A model generated the notes under the pieces. The model was not told where the DNA came from, ran no database searches, and saw nothing but the letters and a program-made list of their open reading frames with translations. Of a DNA stretch of 64,000 bases, positions 24,220 through 37,739 are shown piece by piece. The stretch covers positions 62,560,001 to 62,624,000 of the forward strand of contig NC_086097.1 in the NCBI RefSeq assembly GCF_963921235.1. Reading direction: 5' to 3'. The stretch is from Mobula hypostoma. Taxonomy: Eukaryota. The number at the start of each line of letters is the position of its first letter. Position 1 is the stretch's first letter. Position numbers and translations under genes: made by a program.

Positions 24220-27200
24220 TGTTAGTGCCATTGGGGAGGCTTTAAACTAGATTTGCAGGGGGAGGGAACCAGAGTGCCAGAATTGACAGTGTGGCTGGGG
24301 TGAAAATAAATGATGTTGAAAGTTTAAGCAAATCCGCTGATAGAAAGGTTGTGAGTGGTGGTAAAAATCTTCTGAGGTGTATATATTTCAATGCTAGGAG
24401 TATTGCAGGGAAGGCGGATGAGTTGAGGGCGTGGATTGACACGTGGAATTATGACGTTATAGCAATTAGTGAAACTTGGCTACAGGAGGGGCAGGACTGG
24501 CAGCTTAATATTCTAGGGTTCCGATGTTTCAGATGTGATCAAGGCAGAGGAATGAAAGGTGGGGGAGTAGCATTGCTTGTTAGGGAAAATATTACAGCAG
24601 TGCTCAGGCAGGACAGATTAGAGGGCTTGTCTACTGAGTCCTTATGGGTGGAGCTGAGAAACAGGAAAGGTATGGCCACATTAGTGGGATTGTATTACAG
24701 ACCACCCAATAGTCAACGAGACTTGGAAGAGAAAATCTGCAGAGAGATAGCAGGCAACTGCAGGAAACATAAAGTTGTGGTGGTAGGGGATTATAATTTT
24801 CCATACATTGATTGGGACTCCCATACTGTTAGGGGTCTAGATGGTTTAGAGTTTGTAAAATGTGTTCAGGAAAGTTTTCTAAATCAATACATAGAGGGAC
24901 CAACTAGAAGGGATGCAATATTGGATCTCCTGTTAGGTAACGAATTAGGGCAAGTGACAGAAGTCTGTGTCGGGGAGCACTTTAGTTCCAGTGATCATAA
25001 CACCATTAGTTTCAATTTGATCATGGACAAGGATAGATCTGGTCCTAGGGTTGAGGTTCTGAACTGGAAGAAGGCAAATTTGAAGAAATGAGAAAGGATC
25101 TAAAAAGCGTGGATTGGGACAGGTTGTTCTCTGGCAAAGATGTGATTCGTAGGTGGGAAGCCTTCAAAGGGGAAATTTTGAGAGTGCAGAGTTTGTATGT
25201 TCCTGTCAGGATTAAAGGCAAATTGAATAGGAATAAGGAACCTTGGTTCTCAAGGGATATTGCAACTCTGAAAAAGAAGAAGAGGGAGTTGTATGAAATG
25301 TATAGGAAACAGGGGGTAAATCAGGTGCTTGAGGAGTATAAGAAGTGCAAGGAAATACTTAAGAAAGAAATCAGGAGGGCTAAAAGAAAACATGAGGTTG
25401 CCTTGGCAGTCAAAGTGAAGGATAATCCAAAGAGCTTTTACAAGTATATTAAGAGCAAAAGGATTGTAAGGGATAAAATTGGTCCTCTTGAAGATCAGAG
25501 TGGTCGACTTTGTGCGGAACCAAAGGAAATGGGGGAGATCTTAAATAGGTTTTTTGCGTCTGTATTTACTAAGGAAGCTGGCATGAAATCCATGGAATTG
25601 AGGGAATCAAGTAGAGAGACCATGGAAACTGTACAGATTGAAAAGGAGGAGGTGCTTGCTGTCTTGAGGAAAATTAAAGTGGATAAATCCCCGGGACCTG
25701 ACAGAGTGTTCCCTCGGACCTTGAAGGAGACTAGTGTTGAAATTGCGGGGATCCTGGCAGAAATATTTAAAATGTCGCTGTCTACGGGTGAAGTGCCGGA
25801 GGATTGGAGAGTGGCTCATGTTGTTCCATAGTTTAAAAAAGGATCGAAAAGTAATCTGGGAAATTATAGGCCGGTGAGTTTAACGTCAGTAGTAGGTAAG
25901 TTATTGGAGGGAGTACTAAGAGACAGAATCTACAAGCATTTGGATAGACAGGGGCTTATTAGGGAGAGTCAACATGGCTTTGTGCATGGTAGGTCATGTT
26001 TGACCAATCTGTTGGAGTTTTTCGAGGAGGTTACCAGGAAAGTGGATGAAGGGAAGGCAGTGGATATTGTCTACATGGACTTCAGTAAGGCCTTTGACAA
26101 GGTCCCGCATGGGAGGTTAGTTAGGAAAATTCAGTCGCTAGGTATACATGGAGAGGTGGTAAATTGGATTAGACATTGGCTCGAGGGAAGAAGCCAGAGA
26201 GTGGTGGTAGAGAATTGCTTCTCTGAGTGGAGGCCTGTGACTAGTGGTGTGCCACAGGGATCAGTGCTGGGTCCATTGTTATTTGTCATCTATATCAATG
26301 ATCTGGATGATAATGTGGTAAATTGGATCAGCAAGTTTGCTGATGATACAAAGATTGGAGGTGTAGTAGACAGTGAGGAAGGTTTTCAGAGCCTGCAGAG
26401 GGAATTGGACCAACTGGAAAAATGGGCTGAAAAATGGCAGATGGAGTTTAATACTGACAAGTGTGAGATATTGCATGTTGGAAGGACAAACCAAGGTAGA
26501 ACATACAGGGTTAATGGTAAGACACTGAGGAGTGCAGTGGAACAGAGGGATCTGGGAATACAGATACAAAATTCCCTAAAAGTGTCGTCACAGGTAGATA
26601 GGGTTGTAAAGAGAGCTTTTGGTACATTGGCCTTTATTAATCGAAGTATTGAGTATAAGAGCTGGAATGTTATGATGAGGTTGTATAAGGCAGTGGTGAG
26701 GCCGAATCTGGAGTATTGTGTTCAGTTTTGGTCACCAAATTACAGGAAGGATATAAATAAGGTTGAAAGAGTGCAGAGAAGGTTTACAAGGATGTTGCCG
26801 GGACTTGAGAAACTCTGTTACAGAGAAAGGTTGAATAGGTTAGGACTTTATTCCCTGGAGCGTAGAAGAATGAGGGGAGATTGGATAGAGGTATATAAAA
26901 TTATGATGGGTACAGATAGAGTGAATGCAAGCAGGCTTTTTCCACTGAAGGCAAGGGGAGAAAAAAACCAGATGATATGGGTTAAGGGTGAGGGGGGAAA
27001 AGTTTAAAGGGAACATTAGGGGGGGCTTCTTCACACAGAGAGTGGTGGGAGTATGGAATGAGCTGCCAGACGAGGTGGTAAATGCGGGTTCTTTTTTAAC
27101 ACTTAAGAATAAATTGGACAGATACATGGATGGGAGGTGTATGGAGGGATATGGTCCGTGTGCAGGTCAGTGGGACTAGGCAGAAAATGGTACAGCACAG

Positions 27201-27252
27201 CCAAGAAGGGCCAAAAGGCCTGTTTCTGTGCTGTAGTTTCTATGGTTTCTAT
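24220..27252 (+). mobile_element. CR1 LINE with near-complete ORF2, 5'-truncated at the end of ORF1
   Basis: ORFs 24291-25091, 25088-25831, 25874-27007 and 26988-27179 (YFNARS, ISETWL, SDH, DFSKAFDKV, PQGS, FADD), broken by frameshifts and stops; TTTCTATGGTTTCTAT tail. Confidence 0.95.
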
Positions 27253-27397
27253 ATTTGGATTGTTACCTAATTTGAAGTAAACAACTTGAAGAAAAAGTAA
27301 TTTTACTTGTAATTGTTTTAGTACTGGACTTTTTCGTCTTAACCATTAACCTCTCTAACATTAGAAATAATTTCTTTTAATTTCTTAATTTGTTCAC

Positions 27398-27552
27398 CTG
27401 GTCATGTCCATAAAACCAAACTTTGATCTTTTTCTTTGGTAAAACTGGCTCTCTAAAGTGCCAGAAACAATAAAAGGTGATAAAATCTTTGAGATAATTT
27501 CTTGCTTGAAACTGGAATAAGTCTTTCAGTTCCTTTGTGTTTAACATTTCCT
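27398..27552 (-). CDS. Candidate 155-nt internal coding exon of an unidentified gene ((E)EMLNTKELKDLFQFQARNYLKDFITFYCFWHFREPVLPKKKIKVWFYGHDQ), phase 1 to 0
   Basis: Acceptor TTTTTTTTATCAG| and donor CAG|GTGAAC; a single open frame of 51 codons in AT-rich, non-repeat sequence; in phase with exon 27953-28019. Confidence 0.55.
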
Positions 27553-27952
27553 CTGATAAAAAAAAAGCAGAAAATGTTGCAAATATTCAGCAGGTCAAGA
27601 TCCTATTACAGAAAGTTGGCTCTATATAATCTGGGTTGGGTGTAAACACTGGCAATCTTGACAATGCCTTCAAGAAAACTGTCATTATGGAGATGCATCA
27701 AGAATGCTTGTAGACTAAATTGAAATACAGATTTTTTACCAAATCTTAACAAAAATATTTGCTCAAGGAAATGAACATTGTGGATGCTTCTCAAGGATGA
27801 AATCAAAGCACAGTCTGAAGTTTTTTGTGGCACATTGCAGCAATGAACAACCATACCTGCAGTAAGTACATGCTTTTCAGGAAACATCCCCTCAGATTTA
27901 TTAAGCTAGAAATTGAGGTATGCACAATGCTATATGCTAAAAGACGACTTAC

Positions 27953-28019
27953 CTGGATATTTTGCTGTGGTAATGTCTTTCTGTTCTTTCATCACTACCT
28001 GGCAGGCTGTAATTCTTGG
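27953..28019 (-). CDS. Candidate 67-nt internal coding exon (PRITACQVVMKEQKDITTAKYP), phase 0 to 1
   Basis: Acceptor CCTTTTGTACTCAG| and consensus donor CAG|GTAAGT; splices in frame to 27552 across a 400-bp intron. Confidence 0.5.
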
Positions 28020-28257
28020 CTGAGTACAAAAGGACTCAAGTGTAAGATAGTCACTACAGGAGAGGGGAAAGGTGTATGTATATATTTATATAACATGAAT
28101 GATCCTTAAATCAGTACAGAGTCTAGAATGTAAGGAGGACAGGGTACTTTCACCTGTTGTACTTTCAGTCCTATCCACTGTACATAATCTCAGCAATGAT
28201 AGCTCCAATGATGCCATGCACCATACTTTCTTTTGAGTTAATAACAACCTTTAAACC

Positions 28258-30200
28258 ACAAGACCATAAGACATAGGAGAAGAATAAGGCTATTTGGTTC
28301 ATTAGGTCTGCTCCACCATTCCATCATGTCTGATCTATTATCCCTCTCAATCCCATTCTCCTGCCTTTTCCACGTAACCTTTGACACCCTGACTAATCAA
28401 GAACCTGTCAACTTCCACTTTGAATATACTCAGTGGCTTGGCCTCCACAGCCAGCTGCGGAAATGAATTCCACAGATTCGCTACACTCCAGCTACAAAAA
28501 CCACCTTGGTTTCTGTTCCAGGTGAATATCCCTCTACTCTGAAGCTGTTCCCTTTGGTCCTACACTCACCCACTACAGAAAGCATCCTCTCCACTAGACC
28601 TTTTCATATTCAATAGGATTCAATGATATCCCCTCTCATTCTTCTAAACTCCAGTGAGTACAGGCCCGGAGCCATCAAACACTCGTCATACTGTATATTC
28701 ATCCTTTCATTCCCGGAATCATTCTTGTGATTCCATAGATTACATGGTTGGCATAACATTGTAGGCCAAAGGGCCTGTAATGTGCTGTAAATTTCTTTAA
28801 AAAAGTTCTCTGTTTGAACCTCGTCTGAACCCTATTCCAGCATATCTTTTCTTTGATAAGGAGTCCAAAACTGCACATAATACTCCAAGTGTGGTCTGAC
28901 CAATGTCTTCTAAGCCCTCAACATGACATATCCTGGCCCTTTCAAAATGAATGCTAACATTGGTTTGTCTTCCTAACACTGTCTCAACCTGCAAATTAAC
29001 CTTTAGGGAATCCTACACGAGAACTCCCAAGTCACTTTGCACCTCGGATTTTTGAATTTTCTACCCATTTAGAAAATAGTCTGTGCCTTTATTTCTTCTA
29101 CCTAAGTGCATGGCCATAAACATCCCAACTCTATATTCTACTTGCCACTTCTTTGCCCACACTCCCAATCTGTCTAGGTCCTTCTGCAGTGTCCCTACAC
29201 CCTCATCACTATCTGCTCTTACACCTATCTTTGCATTGTCCATAAACTTATTCATAAAGCCATCATTAATTCATCCAAATTATTAACATATAATGTGAAA
29301 AGACTCAGTCCCAACACCAAACCCTGTGGAATGCCATTAGTCACCAGCAGCCAACTAGAAAAGGTCCCTTTATTTCCAGTCTTTGTTTTCTGCCAGTCAG
29401 TCAATCTTCTATCGAAGCTGGTATCTTTCCTGTAAAACTAATGATTCTTAACTCGTTAAGCAGCCTCATATGCAGCACCTTGTCAAAGGCCTTCTTAAGA
29501 TCCATTCAAACATCCACTGACTCTCCAGTGTCTATCTTGCCTGTTATTTCCTCAAAGAATTCCAACAGATTTATCAGGTTAGGTTTTCCCTTGAGGAAAT
29601 CCTGCTGGCTTTGGCATGTTTTGTGACTCCAAGACCCTAAAACCTCATCCTTAAAAATGGAATCCAACTTCTTCCCAACCACTGAAGTCAGCCATACTGG
29701 CTTATAGTTTCCTTTCTGCTCTCTCCCTCTATTCTTAAAGAGTGGAGTGACTGTTGTAATTTTCCAGTTCTTCAGAACCATTCCAGAATCTGCTGATTCT
29801 TGAAAAATCATTTCAAACGCCTCCACAATCTCTTCAGCTATTTTTTTTCAGAACCCTGGGTATAATCGACCTGGTTCAGGTGAATTTATCTACCTTCAGA
29901 CCATTCAGTTTCCCAAGCACTTTCTCCTTAATAATAACAACTATACTTGCTTCTGTCCCCTGACATTCTCGAATTTCTGGCATACTGTCTTCTGTAGTGG
30001 ATATTGGTGGAAAACACTTATTCAATTCATTTGCTATTTCTTTGTCTCCCATTACTATCTCTCCTGCATTATTTTCCAGTGGTCTAATATTCATTCTCGC
30101 TTCTCTTTTACTCTCTATATATCTGAAAAATTTTTGGTGTCCTCGTCTATTTTATTGGCTGGCTCTCTTTCACATATTATGTTTTTGCTCCTTGTAGCTT
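28258..30200 (-). mobile_element. Older decayed CR1 LINE (RT region to 3' end) with a small nested + strand CR1 tail (~28735-28797)
   Basis: Fragmentary ORFs (PLENNAGEIVMGDKEIANELN; NYKPVWLTSVVGK; NLLEFFEEIT); CATAAGACATAGGAGAAGAAT tail. Confidence 0.85.
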
Positions 30201-30647
30201 TTTTTTTAGCAGAGAGGATTGTTCTCCAAGTCTGGGCTGTATAGCTCTCATGGTTGAAAATTAAGTGCACAGGATGTGGTTGTAAAGCATAATGAAAGGG
30301 AATTGACCTTAAATATTAACTAGCCTGCTAATTATGCATAAACTGCTGTGCACGTCCATATTTTCAATTTTCATCTGTTATTCTGTAGCAACTGACATCA
30401 GCAATGCAAAATAAGGGCTTTGCTAGATCTTCAAACATCTTTCTTTAAGGTCAATGTGAGATTCAATGCTAAATCTTGACAACAAAATCTATTTCCATGC
30501 CACTAAGTAGTGTCAGCATAGATTTATGGAAGGGAGGTTGTGTTTGGAAAATCTTTAGTGCTTTTGAGCTTGTGATTAGAAGGATAGATAAGGAGGTGGA
30601 TATAATGCACATAGAATTTCTGAACAAAAAGCACATCCTCCAGGGTG

Positions 30648-30762
30648 TAAACACGAGAGATTCTGCAGATGCTGGAAATCCAGAGCAGCGCACATATAAT
30701 GCTGGAAGAACTCAGCAGGTCAGGAAATAAATAAGCAGCTAATGTTTCAGGCCGAGACCTCT
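30648..30762 (-). mobile_element. Penelope-type short repeat
   Basis: AAACACGAGAGATTCTGCAGATGCTGGAAATCCAGAG...TGTTTCAGGCCGAGACC. Confidence 0.65.
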
Positions 30763-31629
30763 CATTCTCCAGGTTGTATCAGCCATAGCTTACTGGCTGG
30801 CCTCACCATTCATATTCCTCTGCCCATTCACGTCAACCTTTCAACCCAAGAGGAAACCAGACAGGCATAGTGGAAGCCAAGCAGAAAATAGGACTCATGT
30901 GGTATTTACTGAAGTCCTGATCCCACCTTGACCTGGCTGTCTTTAGTAGCTTGCACTATCAAAGTAATTTGAACATTTAAAAAAAAATCTCTGATGGCAT
31001 TACTTGGGTTGATGAATGTATGACATAAAACTCCAAGCACTTTTCACACAGCCCCTCTTCCCAGCACATCATTACTTCTTCACCAGACTCATTGGCATGC
31101 CAAGATCTAATCTCCAAACCATGTTCAGCTTCAGCCTTCAGTTAGGCAGCATGGAAGAATAAAACTGTGCTGAGGCACTACAGAGTCGCTTGTCTGATGT
31201 GCACCATTCAAGAAGGTGCAACAAACCAAGGCTCTGGGATAATAGAACAAAACAGAGTGAAGTCCACTTAAAGACAGGAACAAGAAAGTAAGAATTAAGA
31301 GGCCATTTCAGATTATAGACTATAGCTATGGGATGTTACTGAGCTTCAACTAATATCTTGAATAATTTATAGATAAATTGAGAAAAAAACCTTACAGTGG
31401 AATGAAATTGAATAATCAGCAAGTGGGGATATAATACAGAAAACGGTGATGTATTTACTTTGATTAGAAAAGTAGGAAAAAAGTGCAATTTCTCCACTGA
31501 GAGACTGGAAAAAGTTGATTTGCAGTAGGACCTGGCATGGTTATACATGAAGAATATGAAATTCATATCAAGGTTATACCTGTTAGTATGCTAGGTTGGG
31601 TGATATTCCAACCCTGATTTTTGAAAAAA

Positions 31630-32185
31630 GGTTGCTGCATTAAAACAAAGTTATATTGGAATTTATACTCTGTCTGCCAGAACAAGTGGGATCTACCTCT
31701 GGCCACCCATTTCCACTGTCCATTTCCATTTTGATATGTTCATTCATGGCTTCCTCTACTGTCATGATGAGACCACACATAGGCTGGAGGAACAACAGCT
31801 TATATTCCGTTTGGGTAGTCTCCAACCTGATGGCATGAATATCGATTTCTCAAACTTCCGGTGATTACCCCCACCACCGCTCCCCCCTTCTCTACTTCCC
31901 ATCCCCTTTTCCCCTCTCTCACCTCATCTCATCAATCATCTTCCCAGCTCTTTACTTCATCTCTCTCCCTCCCGGTTTCACCTATCACCTGGTGGTTCTC
32001 ACTCCCCTTCCCCCACCTTTTAAATCTACCCCTCAGCTTTCTTTTTCCTCTGTCCTGCAGACGGGTTTCGGATGAAACGTCGACTGTAGTTTTACCATAG
32101 AAGCTGCCTGGTCTGCTGAATTCCTCCTGCATTTTGTGTATGTTGTTCAGATTTCCAGCATCTGAAGATTTCCTTTTGTTTGTGG
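31630..32185 (+). mobile_element. Penelope-like element 3' end (GIY-YIG C-terminus, pyrimidine-rich UTR, decayed hammerhead)
   Basis: RLEEQQLIFRLGSLQPDGMNIDFS, then CTGCAGACGGGTTTCGGATGAAACGTCGACTG and the repeat tail shared with 42627-43036. This links the short repeats to Penelope. Confidence 0.8.
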
Positions 32186-33404
32186 GTTTTTTTTGATGGA
32201 AATTTGTTTTTTGTTTCCCTGCCTTTGGTAATATACGCTTACCTTAAGGAGAATCAAAATAAGGGTTTATTAGAATGATTGTTGGCATATGGAGTGAAGC
32301 CAGGAGTAGAAAATAGTGGCAGAATTATATAATGAGCCAAAACTGATAAAACAAATTCTATATTGCCCAGAAGTAAGAAAAATATGATATGACCCCATTG
32401 AAACATAGATATTTGTTGATATGGTAAAAGCCAGCAGCAAAGTGCTCTTGTTGACACAATCTAGTACTAGCAGTCACAATCACAATCAAGAGTCTGTTCT
32501 TTAGGATCTAAATGAGGAGAAAGAACTGTTTTCTTTCAAAAGTTTGTGAGTCTTTGAACACTGTAGCCTAGTTGCGAATGCCTAATTTGCTAAATAGGTT
32601 CAAGACAGGAGTAGATAGAACTTTGGATACCAAGCGAATTAAAATATTTGGCCTTTGTGTAGAAAGCTAACTTTGAGGTAGAAAATCAGCCTTGATCTTA
32701 CTGAATAGCACTTGTACTTGAAAAGCCTCACTGTGCTCCACATTTCATGCTCTTATTGTCTCACACAAGATCAAGAAGCAGGTTTTAGAATAAAATCCTT
32801 TCATCAATTGGACAGTGCAAACCAAATAGGCCAAGCAGCATTCAAATCTGAATGGAAGAATTCTGGCAATAATAGGAGTTTATTAATCTGGTCAATAGCA
32901 AACTAAACAGAAAGCTCATATAAGGAAAATGTAAATTGCTTTACCTGGGTCTGTTGCTTGTTGTGGCAATGATGTGTGTTTGTTTAGCTGCACGATCAGC
33001 GATAGTCTATGTCAGAGCAATGAGCTGTGAATAGCTGTGTGTTATCTTTTACAGCACTCAAAACCAATCTTACAAAGGAAGCAATTATCCATGTTTATTC
33101 AATGTAAGATGTGTCAAAAGCTAATGACCTTTCTGATTAAGAAGGATAATGATTGTCTTGGATCCATGTTTTAGTTGACTTCCATCACTGGCTTATCTTG
33201 ACTGTATCTATTTCTGCAAACTTGACTGGATAATCAATAAGTAAGGTCAATGTTCCGTCATTTCAGTCAGATACATGTTCTCCCATACCGAAGCAGCAAA
33301 ACAGAAGCCTCCAGAGGTATTGACATTATAATGAAACTGTTACCGTCCAGCACACTATCTGTCCTTTCATTGTGTTAATGATACATAAAGATGAATATAC
33401 TGTA

Positions 33405-33562
33405 CTTCTACCCCTTCTTTTCTCTTTCTTTACAGTCTGAAGAAGGGTCATGACCAAAAATGTCGACTGTTTATCCCTTCCATAGATGCTACTTGACTTG
33501 CTGCGTTCCTCCAGCATTTTGTGTGCGTTACTCTGAATTTCCAGTATCTGCAGAATCTCTTA
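33405..33562 (+). mobile_element. Penelope-type short repeat with a decayed hammerhead
   Basis: ACAGTCTGAAGAAGGGTCATGACCAAAAATGTCGACTGT...TTTCCAGTATCTGCAGAATC. Confidence 0.65.
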
Positions 33563-33734
33563 AGTTTATAGATTTACCTCTATTTTCTTGAACCCAACTA
33601 CAAAAACGTAGACAGCAAACCTTGTCCTTTAAAATAGATTCAGAATTAAATGATTTTAATAACTTTCTCATTATAGAAAGTTGATTTAAATTAGGAATTC
33701 CGCTGCACAAACATAAATATACATGAATTGAAGC

Positions 33735-34182
33735 TTTGCAAGGCATTGGTTAGACCACACTTCAGTATCTTGAGCAGTTTTGGGCACCTAATCTAAGGAA
33801 GGATGTGCTGACATTGGGAAGGGTGAAGAAATGATTCACAAAAATAATCCAGGGGATGAAAGAACACTTGATGGCTCTGGGCCTGTACTTGCTGGAGTTT
33901 AGAAGAATGGGGATGGGGGATCTCATTAAAACCTATCTAATATTGAAAGGATTAGATACAGTGGACGTGGAGAAGATGTTTCCAATAGCAGGGGAGTCTA
34001 GGACCAGAGGGCACTGCCTCAGAATAAAAAGATGTCCCTGAAGAACAGAGTTGTGCAGAAATTCTTTATCCAGAGGATGGAGAATCTGTGAAATTCATTG
34101 CTACAGATGTGGGCGTCATGTTATTGGGTATATCTAAAGTGGAATTTGATAGATTCTGGATTAGTAAAGGTGTTAAAGGTTA
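33735..34182 (+). mobile_element. Decayed CR1 3' fragment
   Basis: ALVRPH...ALGLYLLEFRRM...GESRTRGH. Confidence 0.8.
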
Positions 34183-34582
34183 TTAGATTAGATTAGATTA
34201 GATTCAATTTTATTGCCATTGTGCCGAGTACAGGTACAAAGCCAATGAAATGCAGTTAGCATCTGACCAGAAATGCAAAGAATAGTGTTACTTACAGAAT
34301 AACTGAAAATAAAAAGTGCTACAGCACACAAATATAAAAGTACTGAGACAGTACAATATGGGTGCAATACTGCTTAGCACTGTGATGTGAGGTTCAGCAG
34401 GGTCACAGCCTCAGGGAGGAAGCTCTTCCTGTGCCTGCTGGTGCGGGAGCGGAGGCTCCTGTAGTGCCTACCGGATGGGAGGAGAGTAAAAAGTCCATGG
34501 TTAGGGTGAGATGCATCCTTGATAATGCTTTTCACCCTGCCCAGGCAGTGTTTATGGTAAATGTTCTCAATGGTGGGCAATT
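34183..34582 (-). mobile_element. Rex1/Babar-type LINE 3' end with (TCTAA)n tail
   Basis: IYHKHCLGRVKSIIKDASHPNHGLFTLLPSGRHYRSLRSRTSRHRKSFLPEAV; (ATTAG)n at 34183-34204. Confidence 0.75.
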
Positions 34583-34594
34583 GGTGGCCTCATG

Positions 34595-35010
34595 TATGAT
34601 ACATTGTCAAAGTCCCTCTGCAAATCTAAGTGCACAACATGCATCTTTGTCTAATCTGTTTGTTATTTTCTCAAATAATTTCAACAGATCTGTCAGGTAG
34701 ATTTCCCCTTAAGGAAACCATGCTGACTTTGGCCTATTTTATTATTTACTTCCAGTATACTGAAACCTCATCTTTAATAATGGACTCTAATACCTTGCCA
34801 GCCACTGACGTCAGGCTAACTGGCCTATCTTTCCTATGTTTTGTCTCCCTCTCTTTTCAAAGTGTGAAGTGACATTTTCAAATATCCAGTCCTCCTGAAC
34901 CATTCACGAATTAAGTGATTATTTAAAGATCATGACTAATACCTCCATGATCTCTTCAACTATCTCTTTCAGAACCCTAGAGTATAGACCAGGTGAATGA
35001 TCTACCTTTA
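34595..35010 (-). mobile_element. Decayed CR1 RT internal fragment
   Basis: Similar to 29480-29900 (antisense [17 protein letters not shown]). Confidence 0.7.
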
Positions 35011-35289
35011 GATCAATTTACTGTGATTCACATTTTCTTTTTCTGTTATTATGTATTGCACTGTACTGCTGCCACAAAGTTAACAAATTTCACAACATAT
35101 GCCGATATTAACCCTGATTCTGAACAATAAAAATATAAACAAGTAAACCTCAGAGTCCATGAAGGTGAATCCAGAGTAGCGGTTCAGCGCTGATTCCTGT
35201 CTCTCTCGCATAGAAGCTTGAAGTTACAATATGGATACAGTCTGACTTTTTATGTTTCATTAAGCTTTTTAATCTATTTATTCAAGGGA

Positions 35290-37446
35290 CTCAGGGCTCC
35301 TTCACAGTGGATATGCAATGGCAAGCATTTAAAGGTTGCATGGATGAACTACAACAATTGTTCATCCCAGTTTGGCAAAAGAATAAATCAAGGAAGGTAG
35401 TGCACCCGTGGCTGACAAGAGAAATTAGGGATAGTATCAATTCCAAAGAAGAAGCATACAAATTAGCCAGAAAAAGTGGCTCACCTGAGGACTGGGAGAA
35501 ATTCAGAGTTCAGCAGAGGAGGACAAAGGGCTTAATTAGGAAGGGGAAAAAAGATTATGAGAGAAAACTGGCAGGGAACATAAAAACTGACTGTAAAAGC
35601 TTTTATAGATATGTAAAAAGGAAAAGACTGGTAAAGACAAATGTAGGACCCCTACAGACAGAAACAGGTGAATTGATTATGGGAGCAAGGACATGGCAGA
35701 CCAATTGAATAATTACTTTGGTTCTGTCTTCACTAAGGAGGACATAAATAATCTTCTGGAAATAGTAGGGGACAGAGGGTCCAGTGAGATGGAGGAACTG
35801 AGCGAAATACATGTTAGTAGGGAAGTGGTGTTAGGTAAATTGAAGGGATTGAAGGCAGATAAATCCCCAGGACCAGATGGTCTGCATCCCAGAGTGCTTA
35901 AGGAAGTAGCCCAAGAAATAGTGGATGCATTAGTGATAATTTTTCAAAACTTGTTAGATTCTGGACTAGTTCTTGAAGATTGGAGGGTGGCTAATGTAAA
36001 CCCACTTTTTAAAAAAGGAGGGAGAGAGAAACCGGGGAATTATAGACCGGTTAGCCTAACGTCGGTGGTGGGGAAACTGCTGGAGTCAGTTATCAAAGAT
36101 GTGATAACAGCACATTTGGAAAGCGGTGAAATCATCGGACAAAGTCAGCATAGATTTGTGAAAGGAAAATCATGTCTGACGAATCTCATAGAATTTTTTG
36201 AGGATGTAACTAGTAGAGTGGATAGGGGAGAACCAGTGGATGTGGTGTATTTGGATTTTCAAAAGGCTTTTGACAAGGTCCCACACAGGAGATTAGTGTG
36301 CAAACTTAAAGCACACGGTATTGGGGGTAAGGTATTGATGTGGATAGAGAATTGGTTAGCAGACAGGAAGCAAAGAGTGGGAATAAACGGGACATTTTCA
36401 GAATGGCAGGCGGTGACTAGTGGGGTACCACAAGGCTCAGTGCTGGGACCCCAGTTGTTTACAATATATATTAGTGACTTGGATGAGGGAATTAAATGCA
36501 GCATCTCCAAGTTTGCGGATGACACGAAGCTGGGTGGCAGTGTTAGCTGTGAGGAGGATGCTAAGAGGATGCAGAGTGACTTGGATAGGTTGGATGAGTG
36601 GGCAAATTCATGGCAGATGCAATTTAATGTGGATTAATGTGAAGTTATCCACTTTGGTGTCAAAAACAGGAAAGCAGATTATTATCTGAATTGTGGCCGA
36701 TTAGGAAAAGGGGAGGTGCAACGAGACCTGGGTGTCATTATACACCAGTCATTGAAAGTGGGCATGCAGGTACAGCAGGCAGTGAAAAAGGCGAATGGTA
36801 TGCTGGCATTTATAGCGAGAGGATTCGAGTACAGGAGCAGGGAGGTACTACTGCAGTTGTACAAGGCCTTGGTGAGACCACACCTGGAGTATTGTGTGCA
36901 GTTTTGGTCCCCTAATCTGAGGAAAGACATCCTTGCCATTGAGGGAGTTCAAAGAAGGTTCACCAGATTGATTCCTGGGATGGCAGGACTTTCATATGAA
37001 GAAAGACTGGATGAACTGGGCTTGTACTCGTTGGAATTTAGAAGATTGAGGGGGGATCTGATTGAAACGTATAAGATCCTAAAGGGATTGGACAGACTAG
37101 ATGCAGGAAGATTGTTCCCGATGTTGGGGAAGTCCAGAACGAGGGGTCACAGTTTGAGGATAAAGGGGAAGCCTTTTAGGACCGATATGAGGAAAAACTT
37201 CTTCACACAGAGAGTGGTGAATCTGTGGAATTCTCTGCCACAGGAAACAGTTGAGGCCAGTTCATTGGCTATATTTAAGAGGGAGTTAGATATGGCCCTT
37301 GTGGCTACGGGGATCGGGGGTATGGAGGGAAGGCTGGGGCAGGGTTCTGAGTTGGATGATCAGCCATGATCATAGTAAATGGCGGTGCAGGCTCGAAGGG
37401 CCGAATGGCCTACTCCTGCACCTACTTTCTATGTTTCTATGTTTCT
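35290..37446 (+). mobile_element. CR1 LINE, 5'-truncated (tether + RT + 3' UTR)
   Basis: ORFs 35307-35708, 35693-36637 and 36716-37369 with RT motifs; tail TTTCTATGTTTCTATGTTTCT. Confidence 0.95.
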
Positions 37447-37739
37447 CTTTGCACTATAGAACAGTACATCCAATGGGAAGCCATTGGATTGTGTTTAATC
37501 TGGCTCTTCTCAAGACCAATAAGGGCAAAGAGACAATGATGTTTCTTCTCAGACTCAACAGCACAATAGTGCCCGTACAAAGCCCAGGATAAAGGGTGAG
37601 CTAATGACCTTATCTGAAAATGTACTCATGGCTGTTGCTAGGTAAGAAGGAGGTGAGGGTCCAATATATATCACTGCTGACACAGCTACAGAAATCAAGA
37701 GAGTAGATTGTCATATTTTATTAAAATGCTAATCATTTT

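Noticed and set aside
32242..32342. Minus-strand exon with good splice sites (TTTTATCAG| ... AAG|GTAAGC)
   Set aside because: All three frames contain stops; it could only be non-coding, and I have no evidence for that.
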